The translations under genes were made by a program, and so were the position numbers. Source: a bacterium (GTDB lineage: Bacteria; Patescibacteriota; UBA1384; VFKW01). From it: a stretch of 64,000 bases of DNA. Below, one piece after another: positions 29,226 through 37,761 of this stretch. Position 1 is the first letter of the stretch. Each line of letters starts with the position of its first letter. The notes below the pieces were generated by a model. It was not told where the DNA came from. It did not search any database and saw only the letters and a list, made by a program, of their open reading frames with translations. The stretch spans positions 48,353 through 112,352 of the forward strand of contig JAUSIS010000013.1 in NCBI GenBank assembly GCA_030647355.1, read 5' to 3'.

Positions 29226-30809
29226 TTAAACAATCAATCTTGGTTTTGTTCTGTTGCTATCTTCTGCAAAAGGGCCATCGCGAAATGGATATATTTTTAC
29301 TATAGGGAGACATGTCGCCAGGTCCTCAATACATGCCTGATTAAAATCCGTATTGACTTTCTTTAAGTGATTCAAGATTGCTAAAACATAGTGCTCTGAT
29401 AGTGTTAATAGTTTTTCATTTTCAATTTTAGCATTTTTCTTTAATTCCAAGTAGATTACAAATTGCGAGTTACCATGTTCGTCTTCTGTTTTGGAAAGTT
29501 TGTACCCATTAAATTGTTCAGCACTTAATACAATCTTTTCGATTTGACTTGGATAAACATTGGCACTCGCAATTGATAGCGCTTGTTGTCTGGAATAAAC
29601 ATATACAAAAGGTAATCTCCAGACTTTATAAGACTTTGGTGTATTGTTTTCAGTCAATAGTTTCTGAATATCATAGCCATTATCATCTAACGCTTTAAGC
29701 ATTTTATTATAAGGAACGATACCGCCAACATCTTCTATATCATACCTAATCAATGGCACACCAGAATAACTGGATAATACTATGTGGTCTTCGTTCAGCA
29801 TCTCAATATAATAAGCGGATGGGTTATACTGCACAATACTTGGTGCATAATCTTCACCAAACAATTGTTTACAAAATTTCTTGTCTTCGCTTGCAATCTT
29901 GCGAATAATATTGGTCAGCAAAGACCCAAACCCTATTCCACCAGCGTCAGCAGTACCATAAACATCCAGCAAGGTATTTATTGAGTCTGAATTTGGTTTT
30001 TTCTGGTCGGTTAACTGGCACATTACTGCACTTTTCCAATTATCTGATACCGCCTCTCCTCCTGTTTGTATTTTTACACTTAATTTTTCCCAATTAATTC
30101 CATTATTCTTACCCTCATTAATAACTAACTTAATAAAAGAAGGATATCCAGCTATTACGATCTGATCATAATCTTCGGCAAGTTTTTTAATACAATATAA
30201 TACATGATCGAGATTTGCCCCAGGAGTTGCTATTGTTAATTGTAACTTTGGATCATCGAGTGATACTTGTTTCATTAACCATGTATTTAACTCTCCCGCT
30301 ATCCATGGTCCCAAAGCATAAGTAACAATCCATAAAGTGGATTTTTTATCAATCTCCCAACAATTCTGATATACAACTCTAACATATTTAGGAAGTATCC
30401 AGTCTTGATTTTTATCTCTAAACCAAAAAACTGGTTCACCTGTGGTGCCAGATGTTGTTGCAAAATTATACATTTCCTGAATGGGAGCAGACAATAATTG
30501 CTCTCTTCGATAACGATTAAAATATTGCTTCTTATTTGTGATAGGTACATATTCCTTGAAATTCTCAATAGTTTTTATTTTTGTATGGTCTTTTAAACCA
30601 TTTTTCTTTAAAAAATCTTTATAGGCCGGCACCTTTTCGGCTGCCTCGTGAAAACTAATTAGTAGTTTCTTTTTACCTTGTTTTTCCCAAAATGAGGCGG
30701 GCATTGTAGATAAAAACCACATTGCTCTTTTGGGATTCGACATAAAAAACTTTTGCATCAAATTACCGATTTTCATTTTCTCCTTGTTATAATTATCCCC
30801 ATGGGTCAA
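29226..30809 (-). CDS. phenylacetate-CoA ligase-like (ANL superfamily) adenylating enzyme
   Basis: VPAY, TTSGTTGEP, GYPSF, GGE, YGTAD, PLIRYDIED, NVYP. Confidence 0.82.
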   Translation of the reverse strand: MTHGDNYNKEKMKIGNLMQKFFMSNPKRAMWFLSTMPASFWEKQGKKKLLISFHEAAEKVPAYKDFLKKNGLKDHTKIKTIENFKEYVPITNKKQYFNRYRREQLLSAPIQEMYNFATTSGTTGEPVFWFRDKNQDWILPKYVRVVYQNCWEIDKKSTLWIVTYALGPWIAGELNTWLMKQVSLDDPKLQLTIATPGANLDHVLYCIKKLAEDYDQIVIAGYPSFIKLVINEGKNNGINWEKLSVKIQTGGEAVSDNWKSAVMCQLTDQKKPNSDSINTLLDVYGTADAGGIGFGSLLTNIIRKIASEDKKFCKQLFGEDYAPSIVQYNPSAYYIEMLNEDHIVLSSYSGVPLIRYDIEDVGGIVPYNKMLKALDDNGYDIQKLLTENNTPKSYKVWRLPFVYVYSRQQALSIASANVYPSQIEKIVLSAEQFNGYKLSKTEDEHGNSQFVIYLELKKNAKIENEKLLTLSEHYVLAILNHLKKVNTDFNQACIEDLATCLPIVKIYPFRDGPFAEDSNRTKPRLIV

Positions 30810-31584
30810 TTAGTATTGAATCTGGGGTAAGAGGTATTGGAACGCCTTCAATTAATTTAATAATTGCTCCTACGATAATTGAAGAAGTAATACTAGCGCT
30901 TACCCCAAGCTGTGGCACAAATCCATTATCTTTTATTATCTGTTGGTATGTTTTTACAAAATTTAATTTATTCTTAAAAGGATCTGGCATCCTTTTAATG
31001 CTATTCATGATCAACATAGCAAAGCATTCATCACCATACACTTTTCCTCCTACTATATCTTCAATCGTTGCTGATTGAGGTGAAAATACTAATGCAAAAC
31101 CACCAAACCCGAATGTAAAAGGAAATAATACATATTTATTTTGCTTACGAGCTTCGGCATTAATAATATAGATCACCTCATTGGGGTCAGCCATATTTAC
31201 AACAATATCACTTTTTTTTATCAACATCTCCACCTCTTTTTGATGTTTAACGAATTTCGGATAAACTTCAACTTTACAGTGAGGATTGATTGTAAGGATT
31301 TTTTTCTTTATAGCTTTGGCTTTATTTACTCCAACATCTTTAATATCAAAAGCTTGACGATTTAAATTACTTAATTCAACTTTATCCCCATCGCAAAGGA
31401 TAAAATTTTTAAAACCTTTTCTTGCAGCTGAAATAGCTATTTGACTACCCAGACCGCAACCAATTAAAAGAATTTTAGTTTTTTTTATTTTTTTTTGTGT
31501 ATCGTTAGAAATAAGACCAAAATTACGTCTCAAAAACTCTTCCATAAACCGATCCGGATGTTTAGGTATTTTCTTTGTTATCAT
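30793..31584 (-). CDS. ThiF/MoeB/HesA (E1-like) adenylyltransferase
   Basis: IGCGLGS, DGDKVELSNLNRQ, GVNKA, INP. Confidence 0.88.
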   Translation of the reverse strand: MITKKIPKHPDRFMEEFLRRNFGLISNDTQKKIKKTKILLIGCGLGSQIAISAARKGFKNFILCDGDKVELSNLNRQAFDIKDVGVNKAKAIKKKILTINPHCKVEVYPKFVKHQKEVEMLIKKSDIVVNMADPNEVIYIINAEARKQNKYVLFPFTFGFGGFALVFSPQSATIEDIVGGKVYGDECFAMLIMNSIKRMPDPFKNKLNFVKTYQQIIKDNGFVPQLGVSASITSSIIVGAIIKLIEGVPIPLTPDSILIDPWG

Positions 31585-31594
31585 AAAATCCCAT

Positions 31595-31861
31595 TCAATT
31601 CTTATATTTAAAAAATAAAACAGCCATGATAATTACTCCTGGAATATTTATAGATTCTAGGGCGATAATCGGCCATTCTTTGATTACTATTCCATAATTT
31701 AACCATGCCAATTCGGTTATAACGATTCCTAGAATTAATATAATAGAAAAATCCTTAGCACTTTTCGTTTTCCATATTTTCCACACTTGTGAATAAATGC
31801 CTAAAGTAATGGTAAGGCTGGCTACAAAAGTTACCAGTCGGCTTATATCAACATAACTCAT
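31595..31861 (-). CDS. SemiSWEET/PQ-loop family small transporter
   Basis: QVWKIWKTKSAKDFS, W..YG, PII; 3 TM, 88 aa. Confidence 0.85.
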   Translation of the reverse strand: MSYVDISRLVTFVASLTITLGIYSQVWKIWKTKSAKDFSIILILGIVITELAWLNYGIVIKEWPIIALESINIPGVIIMAVLFFKYKN

Positions 31862-31921
31862 ATGAAATAATCCCCGTTATTAATATAAATATATCATTAA
31901 TTATGATCGGATACAATATAA

Positions 31922-31948
31922 TTAAATCATAACTATATCTGAAACCAT
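31922..31948 (-). CDS. putative 8-residue peptide MVSDIVMI (candidate precursor or leader peptide)
   Basis: AAGGAGG SD 6 nt before ATG; TATACT -10 at 31976-31981; first ORF of the cassette. Confidence 0.45.
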   Translation of the reverse strand: MVSDIVMI

Positions 31949-32237
31949 AAATGTCCTCCTTTATTATTCTAATACAGTATAGCCGCCTACGAAAAACTTC
32001 GGTACTTATCAAAAAAATCAAGATCGCCCTGCCCTACTCTCATTTAACCACAATCGCCAAAAAACCCATATAGTCACATATACAAGGAGAGGTAATCCAA
32101 CTTATCCTAATTCTTCACCACCTGAATAGAGTTCAATATCTTTTTCCCAACCCAACCTATCACGCTCTTCTCACACTCTTCCAACCACAACCACTTCGAC
32201 ACATTCCCCCAACCCCAACCCGATATTACCGACCCAC

Positions 32238-32275
32238 CGTAACCGCTTCTGCGCTATAGCGCATAACTAGTTACG
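32238..32275. repeat. palindromic direct repeat, copy 1
   Basis: CGTAAC-cgcttc-TGCGCTATAGCGCA-taacta-GTTACG. Confidence 0.8.
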
Positions 32276-32325
32276 CTTACAGGAGGTACAATATTTAAAA
32301 AAAATGAAGCTGACTCTGAAATATA

Positions 32326-32856
32326 CTATTCACCTTGGTTTAAATTAAAATATTTTACTAATTTATCCGCGCCCGGCAAAAAATCTGTCTTCAAATACGC
32401 GACAAATGAAGAAATTCCACAAGATTGAGTTAAAATCGCAATCTCTTCTTTACATTCGTAAGGAATAACCCATAAACTATCCTGAACCTGAAAAAACCCA
32501 AAATTAATCAATTTCCGCCTGAAGTAATCTCTTTCCTTCTTTTTACTTTCTGGAATATCATAGCTCACCAGATGCCAAATCCCATCCCAATATTCGAATT
32601 TACTAATCACAAGCTCATCAATTTTAAATCTTTCCAATAATTCCAATCCCTTCTCTGTCAATTTGACTTTCTCGCCAGCTAAATAGATAATCCCCTTTTC
32701 TTCCAGCAATTTCAAATTTTTCTTATATCTATATTTTTGCTGACGATTTTGCAACATCAAAACCTGAGCCACATTCGGTGCCACAAATGCCGAGGCCAAG
32801 ATCAACCCTGTCTCCACCATCTTCAAAATTTCCTTTTGCTTTTTCGATATTCTCAT
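32326..32856 (-). CDS. PaaX-like / Cas2-like protein (wHTH + ferredoxin-like domain)
   Basis: LTEKG, WDGIWHLVSYDIPE, RDYFRRKL..FGF..VQDSLWVIPY; TGtTATAAT just upstream of ATG 32856. Confidence 0.8.
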   Translation of the reverse strand: MRISKKQKEILKMVETGLILASAFVAPNVAQVLMLQNRQQKYRYKKNLKLLEEKGIIYLAGEKVKLTEKGLELLERFKIDELVISKFEYWDGIWHLVSYDIPESKKKERDYFRRKLINFGFFQVQDSLWVIPYECKEEIAILTQSCGISSFVAYLKTDFLPGADKLVKYFNLNQGE

Positions 32857-32934
32857 AGTTAAATTATAACAAAATACAACTATATTCGTACTACCCAAAT
32901 TTATGCTACCCAACTAAATACCTGATCAACCTAT

Positions 32935-32971
32935 CGTAACCACCTCTGCGCTATAGCGTATAACTAGTGAC
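32935..32971. repeat. palindromic direct repeat, copy 2
   Basis: CGTAACcacctcTGCGCTATAGCGtATAACTAGT; 31 of 34 positions match copy 1. Confidence 0.8.
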
Positions 32972-33189
32972 ATATTAATGTGGCAAAAAGCGACATTTCT
33001 ATTTTACATTGACAGAACCGCCATGGAGCCACCAACGAATCTATGACAGTCCGTTGTGGTCCCAAATGGTAAGATAAGACTAGCTGATCAATAGCACGAT
33101 CTAATTCAGGCGATGTGCACGCTCGCTATTGAGGAACTTGCAGACAAGAATGTGCTGCCAGAACCAATAAAGAGAGCTATTATAGCAAG

Positions 33190-33228
33190 AGGGGTCGGCA
33201 ATGCCTAGGGAAACGCCGACCCCCTTTT
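33190..33228 (+). terminator. intrinsic terminator (possibly bidirectional)
   Basis: GGGGTCGGC...GCCGACCCC then TTTT. Confidence 0.6.
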
Positions 33229-33670
33229 ATTTTTTATACAGATTGATGAGAAAATTATTAGCTGTTTTAAGTATCTGGGCACTTGAATTGTGTGATATTT
33301 TCTTACTTGCCTGATCAAAATCAAGCCATAAGTAATCAACGATTTCTTCCGGCCTCATGATCTTAGCATCGGTATTAAGTACTTTACCTAGATAATATGT
33401 AACAGTCTTATCGAGAATCTTTCCATCCTTTTCAAATATGTATTTATCCGATAACCCTTGATCGGATATAATTTCAAACTCTGTAATACCGGTTTCTTCA
33501 TATATTTCCCGTTTAATTGTCTCAAATATAGTCTCATCTTTTTCCGGATGCCCCTTGGGAAATGCCCAGTGGCCTGTTCTATGATGGATTAATAGATATA
33601 AATAACGGCCATCTTCTTTATAAAATGGTATGAGTCCATAAGATTGATCTTTAATTATTTCTTTTCCCAT
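33227..33670 (-). CDS. NUDIX hydrolase (Ap4A hydrolase-like)
   Basis: HWAFPKGH..KDET..ET.KRE..EETG. Confidence 0.9.
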   Translation of the reverse strand: MGKEIIKDQSYGLIPFYKEDGRYLYLLIHHRTGHWAFPKGHPEKDETIFETIKREIYEETGITEFEIISDQGLSDKYIFEKDGKILDKTVTYYLGKVLNTDAKIMRPEEIVDYLWLDFDQASKKISHNSSAQILKTANNFLINLYKK

Positions 33671-33808
33671 GGTTTTACTTTACCACATTTTTTGTATTAA
33701 AAATGAAGTACCGCCAGCAATAGCTGGCGGTAAAAAAATTATCGAGAATGCTCATAGAAATTAATAATTTCTGTAGTATAATGTAGAAAAATATAATAAG
33801 AAGGTGCC

Positions 33809-34615
33809 ATGCATCAAATAATCAACTGGTGTGCAAAAGGTTCCCGTAAAACGGGCGCGAAATTTATTGAAGATACATTAGCAATCGCTGAAGTAGCTCA
33901 GGCAATTGAAATCCATTACAACTATCCACAAGATAGAAATTTTGATAATGAACTGAATTTCCTAAAGAAATTGTCGCAGGAGAAAGGAATTAAATACGCT
34001 GTCCACGCACCTTACTTAAATAATGGTCTGAATGATTTTAATGAAAAAATCAGACAAGCCACCTTGGAAGAAATGTTTGCATCAATCGACCGGGCCGAAT
34101 TTTTGGGAGCCCAAGTCGTTACGATTCATCCGCCATTTGAGCCCTATGGATTAAAATTTCCCGAGAGAATTTCATTGGAACATGATTCTTATTCCCAAAT
34201 CGCTAAATATGCCACAAAAAAAGAAATTAAAATAGGTCTGGAGAATGAGGCAAAGACCTGCTTTTTCTTTCCCGACCGAGCGTGTTTGTTTTTGGAAATC
34301 AAAAAAATTATTGAATCAATCGACAGTGAGTTTTTTGGCTATACATTGGACTTCGGACATGGCAATATCTCAGGGATTAATTTAAAAGAGGCGATTGAAC
34401 TGGCCGGATCGAAACTTTTTCACATCCATGCCCATGATAATCTGGGGACTAAGGATCCAAAAATAGATCCTCATTTACCGCCTGGTAATGGAAATATCAA
34501 TTGGAAGATAATCCTCAATACCCTGCAAAACATCAAGTACAATCAATATTTTGAAATCGAATCCTCTCTGGAAAATTTTACAAAAGGCAAGGATTATCTC
34601 ACCTCCCTAAAATAA
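33809..34615 (+). CDS. sugar phosphate isomerase/epimerase (xylose isomerase-like TIM barrel)
   Basis: VHAP, TIHP, LEN, LDFGH, HIHAHDN, HLPPGNG.INW. Confidence 0.85.
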   Translation: MHQIINWCAKGSRKTGAKFIEDTLAIAEVAQAIEIHYNYPQDRNFDNELNFLKKLSQEKGIKYAVHAPYLNNGLNDFNEKIRQATLEEMFASIDRAEFLGAQVVTIHPPFEPYGLKFPERISLEHDSYSQIAKYATKKEIKIGLENEAKTCFFFPDRACLFLEIKKIIESIDSEFFGYTLDFGHGNISGINLKEAIELAGSKLFHIHAHDNLGTKDPKIDPHLPPGNGNINWKIILNTLQNIKYNQYFEIESSLENFTKGKDYLTSLK

Positions 34616-34727
34616 AAGAGGGCACAGTGTGACCTGCACCCATTATAGCGGCAACAGAAGGCCAATAATAATCCTCTTTAGAAAATTCCCTACTGCAGTA
34701 TTTTATTATTATGCTACAATTAAACGG

Positions 34728-36032
34728 ATGGAAACAAACAAACACACTCTAAAATCCCAAATAAATATCGAACGCATCGGCTGGCTTATCGGTCTGGCGC
34801 TTTTACTGTACCTACCCAACCTGTACCCGGCGCAATTCTCCAAAATGACTGAACTTGCCTACACGGGATTAATACTTTCAACTGCCCTGCTTTATTATTA
34901 CCTCGCCTACAATCTTCTTCGCATAACAAAAAGTTGCTACGCCAAAAATATCGGCGACATCCTGTTCCTAAATTCGCTCCTCTTCCTTGCAATCCAAACA
35001 AAATCCTATATCGCGCTCATCCTCATAATTCCTATCGCCGGTTCGTTATTGATCCTAAACAGAATCAACGGTTTGATCGTCGCCGCCTCTGCCATAATCC
35101 TGGTTGGGCTGGAAATTTTTGTTGAAAATAATAACAACATTACACTCTACTTCGACCCGGTCTATGTTCTGATTGTTTTGGCAGTTATTATCACTTTCTA
35201 TATGAGAATACTTGCCCAAAAAGCGCATTATGAACACCTCGTGAGACAGGAGGAAGAAAGTAAATTAGCCGAAATCAACATAAAATTATCCAACTTAGAA
35301 CACCAAGGCAAAGAATTCACGACTTTGGCAGCCAGACAAATCTCAACACCGCTTGCCACTATCCAAAGCTTCGTCCAAACACTTTCAAGCGAGAAAGACG
35401 GACATCTAAACGACAAACAAAAAGTATTTATCAAAGAGACTGCCAATTACATCGAAAAAATGCATGGTCTGATATCCGAACTGCTTTATATAACAAAGGT
35501 CGAATTCAGCCCACCCCCCGAGCTTCGACCAATGGACATTTTAGACACCACCAAAGAGGTCATCAAGAAATTTGAACCCTATCTTAAAGAAAAAAACACC
35601 GAGATAAAACTAAAATATCCTAACAATGACATGCCTAACATAAAAGCCGATAAGAATTACCTGCCGGAAATACTCAATAGATTAATTGACAACGCTATAA
35701 AATATTCACCCGATAAATCACCGATAGAAATCGTCCTGCAAATCGTTCACAAAGACAATAAACCGTACCTAAGTCTAGACATCTCCGATCGTGGACTTGG
35801 CATTCCCAATGAAGAGCAAAAATATTTGTTTCACAAATTCTTTCGCGGTAGCAATATAATTGATACTGAAATACCCGGCAACGGACTAAGTTTGTATGTA
35901 GTAAAGCTCTTAGCCGACAAACAAAACTGTAAAATTGATTTTAAATCAAAAACTGATGAAGGGACATCGTTTCTATTAGATTTCCCGCTGGAAAAAAGTG
36001 ACGCAAAAAAAGGCGGCTCCAGCCGCCAATAA
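34728..36032 (+). CDS. membrane histidine-kinase-like protein lacking the phospho-acceptor His
   Basis: H-box reads AARQISTPL; NAIKY, DRGLGIP, GNGLSL retained. Confidence 0.8.
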   Translation: METNKHTLKSQINIERIGWLIGLALLLYLPNLYPAQFSKMTELAYTGLILSTALLYYYLAYNLLRITKSCYAKNIGDILFLNSLLFLAIQTKSYIALILIIPIAGSLLILNRINGLIVAASAIILVGLEIFVENNNNITLYFDPVYVLIVLAVIITFYMRILAQKAHYEHLVRQEEESKLAEINIKLSNLEHQGKEFTTLAARQISTPLATIQSFVQTLSSEKDGHLNDKQKVFIKETANYIEKMHGLISELLYITKVEFSPPPELRPMDILDTTKEVIKKFEPYLKEKNTEIKLKYPNNDMPNIKADKNYLPEILNRLIDNAIKYSPDKSPIEIVLQIVHKDNKPYLSLDISDRGLGIPNEEQKYLFHKFFRGSNIIDTEIPGNGLSLYVVKLLADKQNCKIDFKSKTDEGTSFLLDFPLEKSDAKKGGSSRQ

Positions 36033-36039
36033 GCATTGA

Positions 36040-36327
36040 TCATTCCAGCACATAGTCGGGACTCGGGTCTTCTATCAGACCCATTCGCCTAGCCTGGTTA
36101 CCAGTTTGCTCAAAGCGCTGTTTGGCAAACTCGTCACACTTAGGACATACTTTGAGATGCTCCTCAACTATCTCATAGTGATTGCGAGGAATTTGCTGGC
36201 CCTTTGCCATGTCAGCAATTACCTCTCGCACCTGTTGGCACGATATCGCAGCGACGTCGGGCAAATCCTGGCTCGGAGCATAACATTGAGGATACTTATG
36301 ATCCCCATCATGCTGTCTTGTACTCAT
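36040..36327 (-). CDS. small zf-HC2 (anti-sigma-type zinc finger) protein
   Basis: C..VRE...EEHLKVCPKC (HxxxCxxC). Confidence 0.65.
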   Translation of the reverse strand: MSTRQHDGDHKYPQCYAPSQDLPDVAAISCQQVREVIADMAKGQQIPRNHYEIVEEHLKVCPKCDEFAKQRFEQTGNQARRMGLIEDPSPDYVLE

Positions 36328-36411
36328 GGCACCCCCTTCTTCACGAGTATTCGGACGAATAATTATTCCCTATCATACATCGAACAGCCAAAAAGTCAAG
36401 TACTCCAGCTA

Positions 36412-37707
36412 TCAAAAGTTTACTTCATACTGTCGTCGTATACAAAGCAATGAAAAAATCACCGCAAGAAACGCAAATATATTTCCCAGATAAAAACCGG
36501 CTGATGTCTCATTAATATTACTGACACCCGCCACTGTGGGAGCAACCTCGCTACCTTCTGTACCACTATCATTAGTCAGAGAATCACCTCGCGGTAACTC
36601 GGACGTAATCGCCCCATTCGCTCTTGACACAATTACTCTACCCTCTAAATTTGGCGACTTTGACGACCGTGTTGCTCGTTTTACAGCCCCCGAACCGGAA
36701 CCCGTACCTTGAGACATACCGACTATAGTGTCTTGATCGCTGCTATCTAGCTTCTCCTGAAGCGCCTTTACCCCGGCAATAAATGCCGCTTGAGATGTAG
36801 CGCTGGAATCAATCCTCCAGTCTGTCTCTTTGTTCATATTAAACCAGGTAAAACCGGAAACTCTGGTATATTTTGAAGCTAGTTTATCAAACATGTCCAA
36901 AATCCAACTCGCCTTGTCACCCCCCAATTCTGTCGAGCCGATTTCCGTAATAAAAATATTTTTACTAGAAAGTGCTACTAAATCATTATAAGAAGAGTCA
37001 AAAACCTCCTCAAAAGTTTGCCATACAGACTGCCATTCCTCCGTCTTTTGGCTCGTCCCCCAGTTATAGCCCTCTAGTCCAACATAATCAACATAATCGT
37101 CACCCGGATAAAGTTCGCCATAGGAATATCTTTCAAGCGAATGATGAACATTAGGCGCCCAAATCCATTGTACTTGATTGGCGCCAATAGCATCAAATTT
37201 TTCGATAACATAGCGCCAAAACAACTTATGATTTTCCGGGGTATTACCATTTTTACCAATTTCCCAAGACGGCCATCCATAACCGTTCATTTCTGGAGCG
37301 AGAGAAATGCGGATAGGAAAATTAAGGGCTTTGACGCTCAGGGCAAAATTATTAATATAAGTATCATATTTACCAGATGTAACGTCGGTATTAATAACAC
37401 CGGTGCCATTTATTTGCGGCTGCCATGTCAAATCGGGAATAGCCCCATGATCATGAAACCGTCCGACAATTCCCATATCCAAACTATCCGACCAATCCAA
37501 ATAAAATCGAGTTGATATAAATTTTATACCCAAATCCTTCTCGAAATTATCCAATACCGCAATATCATCGGTAGACCCGGGCATAAAAATATTCAGTTCC
37601 ACTTTCCGTTTCTCCTCGGCCTTCGAAATACCAATCGAACACCCGGCCACCAGCAGTATACTTAGAGCAACAACCCTCCATTTTGACATTAAACCCTCCA
37701 AAGTCAT
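36412..37707 (-). CDS. glycoside hydrolase family 26 protein with C-terminal TM anchor
   Basis: APEMNG, WIWAPN, YPGDDYVDYVGLEGYNWG, ITEIG, WFN.NKETDWR. Confidence 0.88.
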   Translation of the reverse strand: MTLEGLMSKWRVVALSILLVAGCSIGISKAEEKRKVELNIFMPGSTDDIAVLDNFEKDLGIKFISTRFYLDWSDSLDMGIVGRFHDHGAIPDLTWQPQINGTGVINTDVTSGKYDTYINNFALSVKALNFPIRISLAPEMNGYGWPSWEIGKNGNTPENHKLFWRYVIEKFDAIGANQVQWIWAPNVHHSLERYSYGELYPGDDYVDYVGLEGYNWGTSQKTEEWQSVWQTFEEVFDSSYNDLVALSSKNIFITEIGSTELGGDKASWILDMFDKLASKYTRVSGFTWFNMNKETDWRIDSSATSQAAFIAGVKALQEKLDSSDQDTIVGMSQGTGSGSGAVKRATRSSKSPNLEGRVIVSRANGAITSELPRGDSLTNDSGTEGSEVAPTVAGVSNINETSAGFYLGNIFAFLAVIFSLLCIRRQYEVNF

Positions 37708-37761
37708 TTCCCCTAATACTGCTGATATATAGGAAATGCCTCACTTTGTCAAATTTACAAT

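Noticed and set aside
32207-32236. G-quadruplex-like run on the minus strand
   Set aside because: One loop is long and the minus strand is G-rich throughout; nothing else supports a function.
32326-32856. Functional CRISPR Cas2 / CRISPR-Cas locus
   Set aside because: It has an N-terminal wHTH in a PaaX-like arrangement and stands alone; two repeats around a gene are not an array.
32978-33208. Frame with two internal stops (pseudogene or recoding)
   Set aside because: No recognisable homology, and both TGA and TAG serve as normal stops elsewhere in the window.
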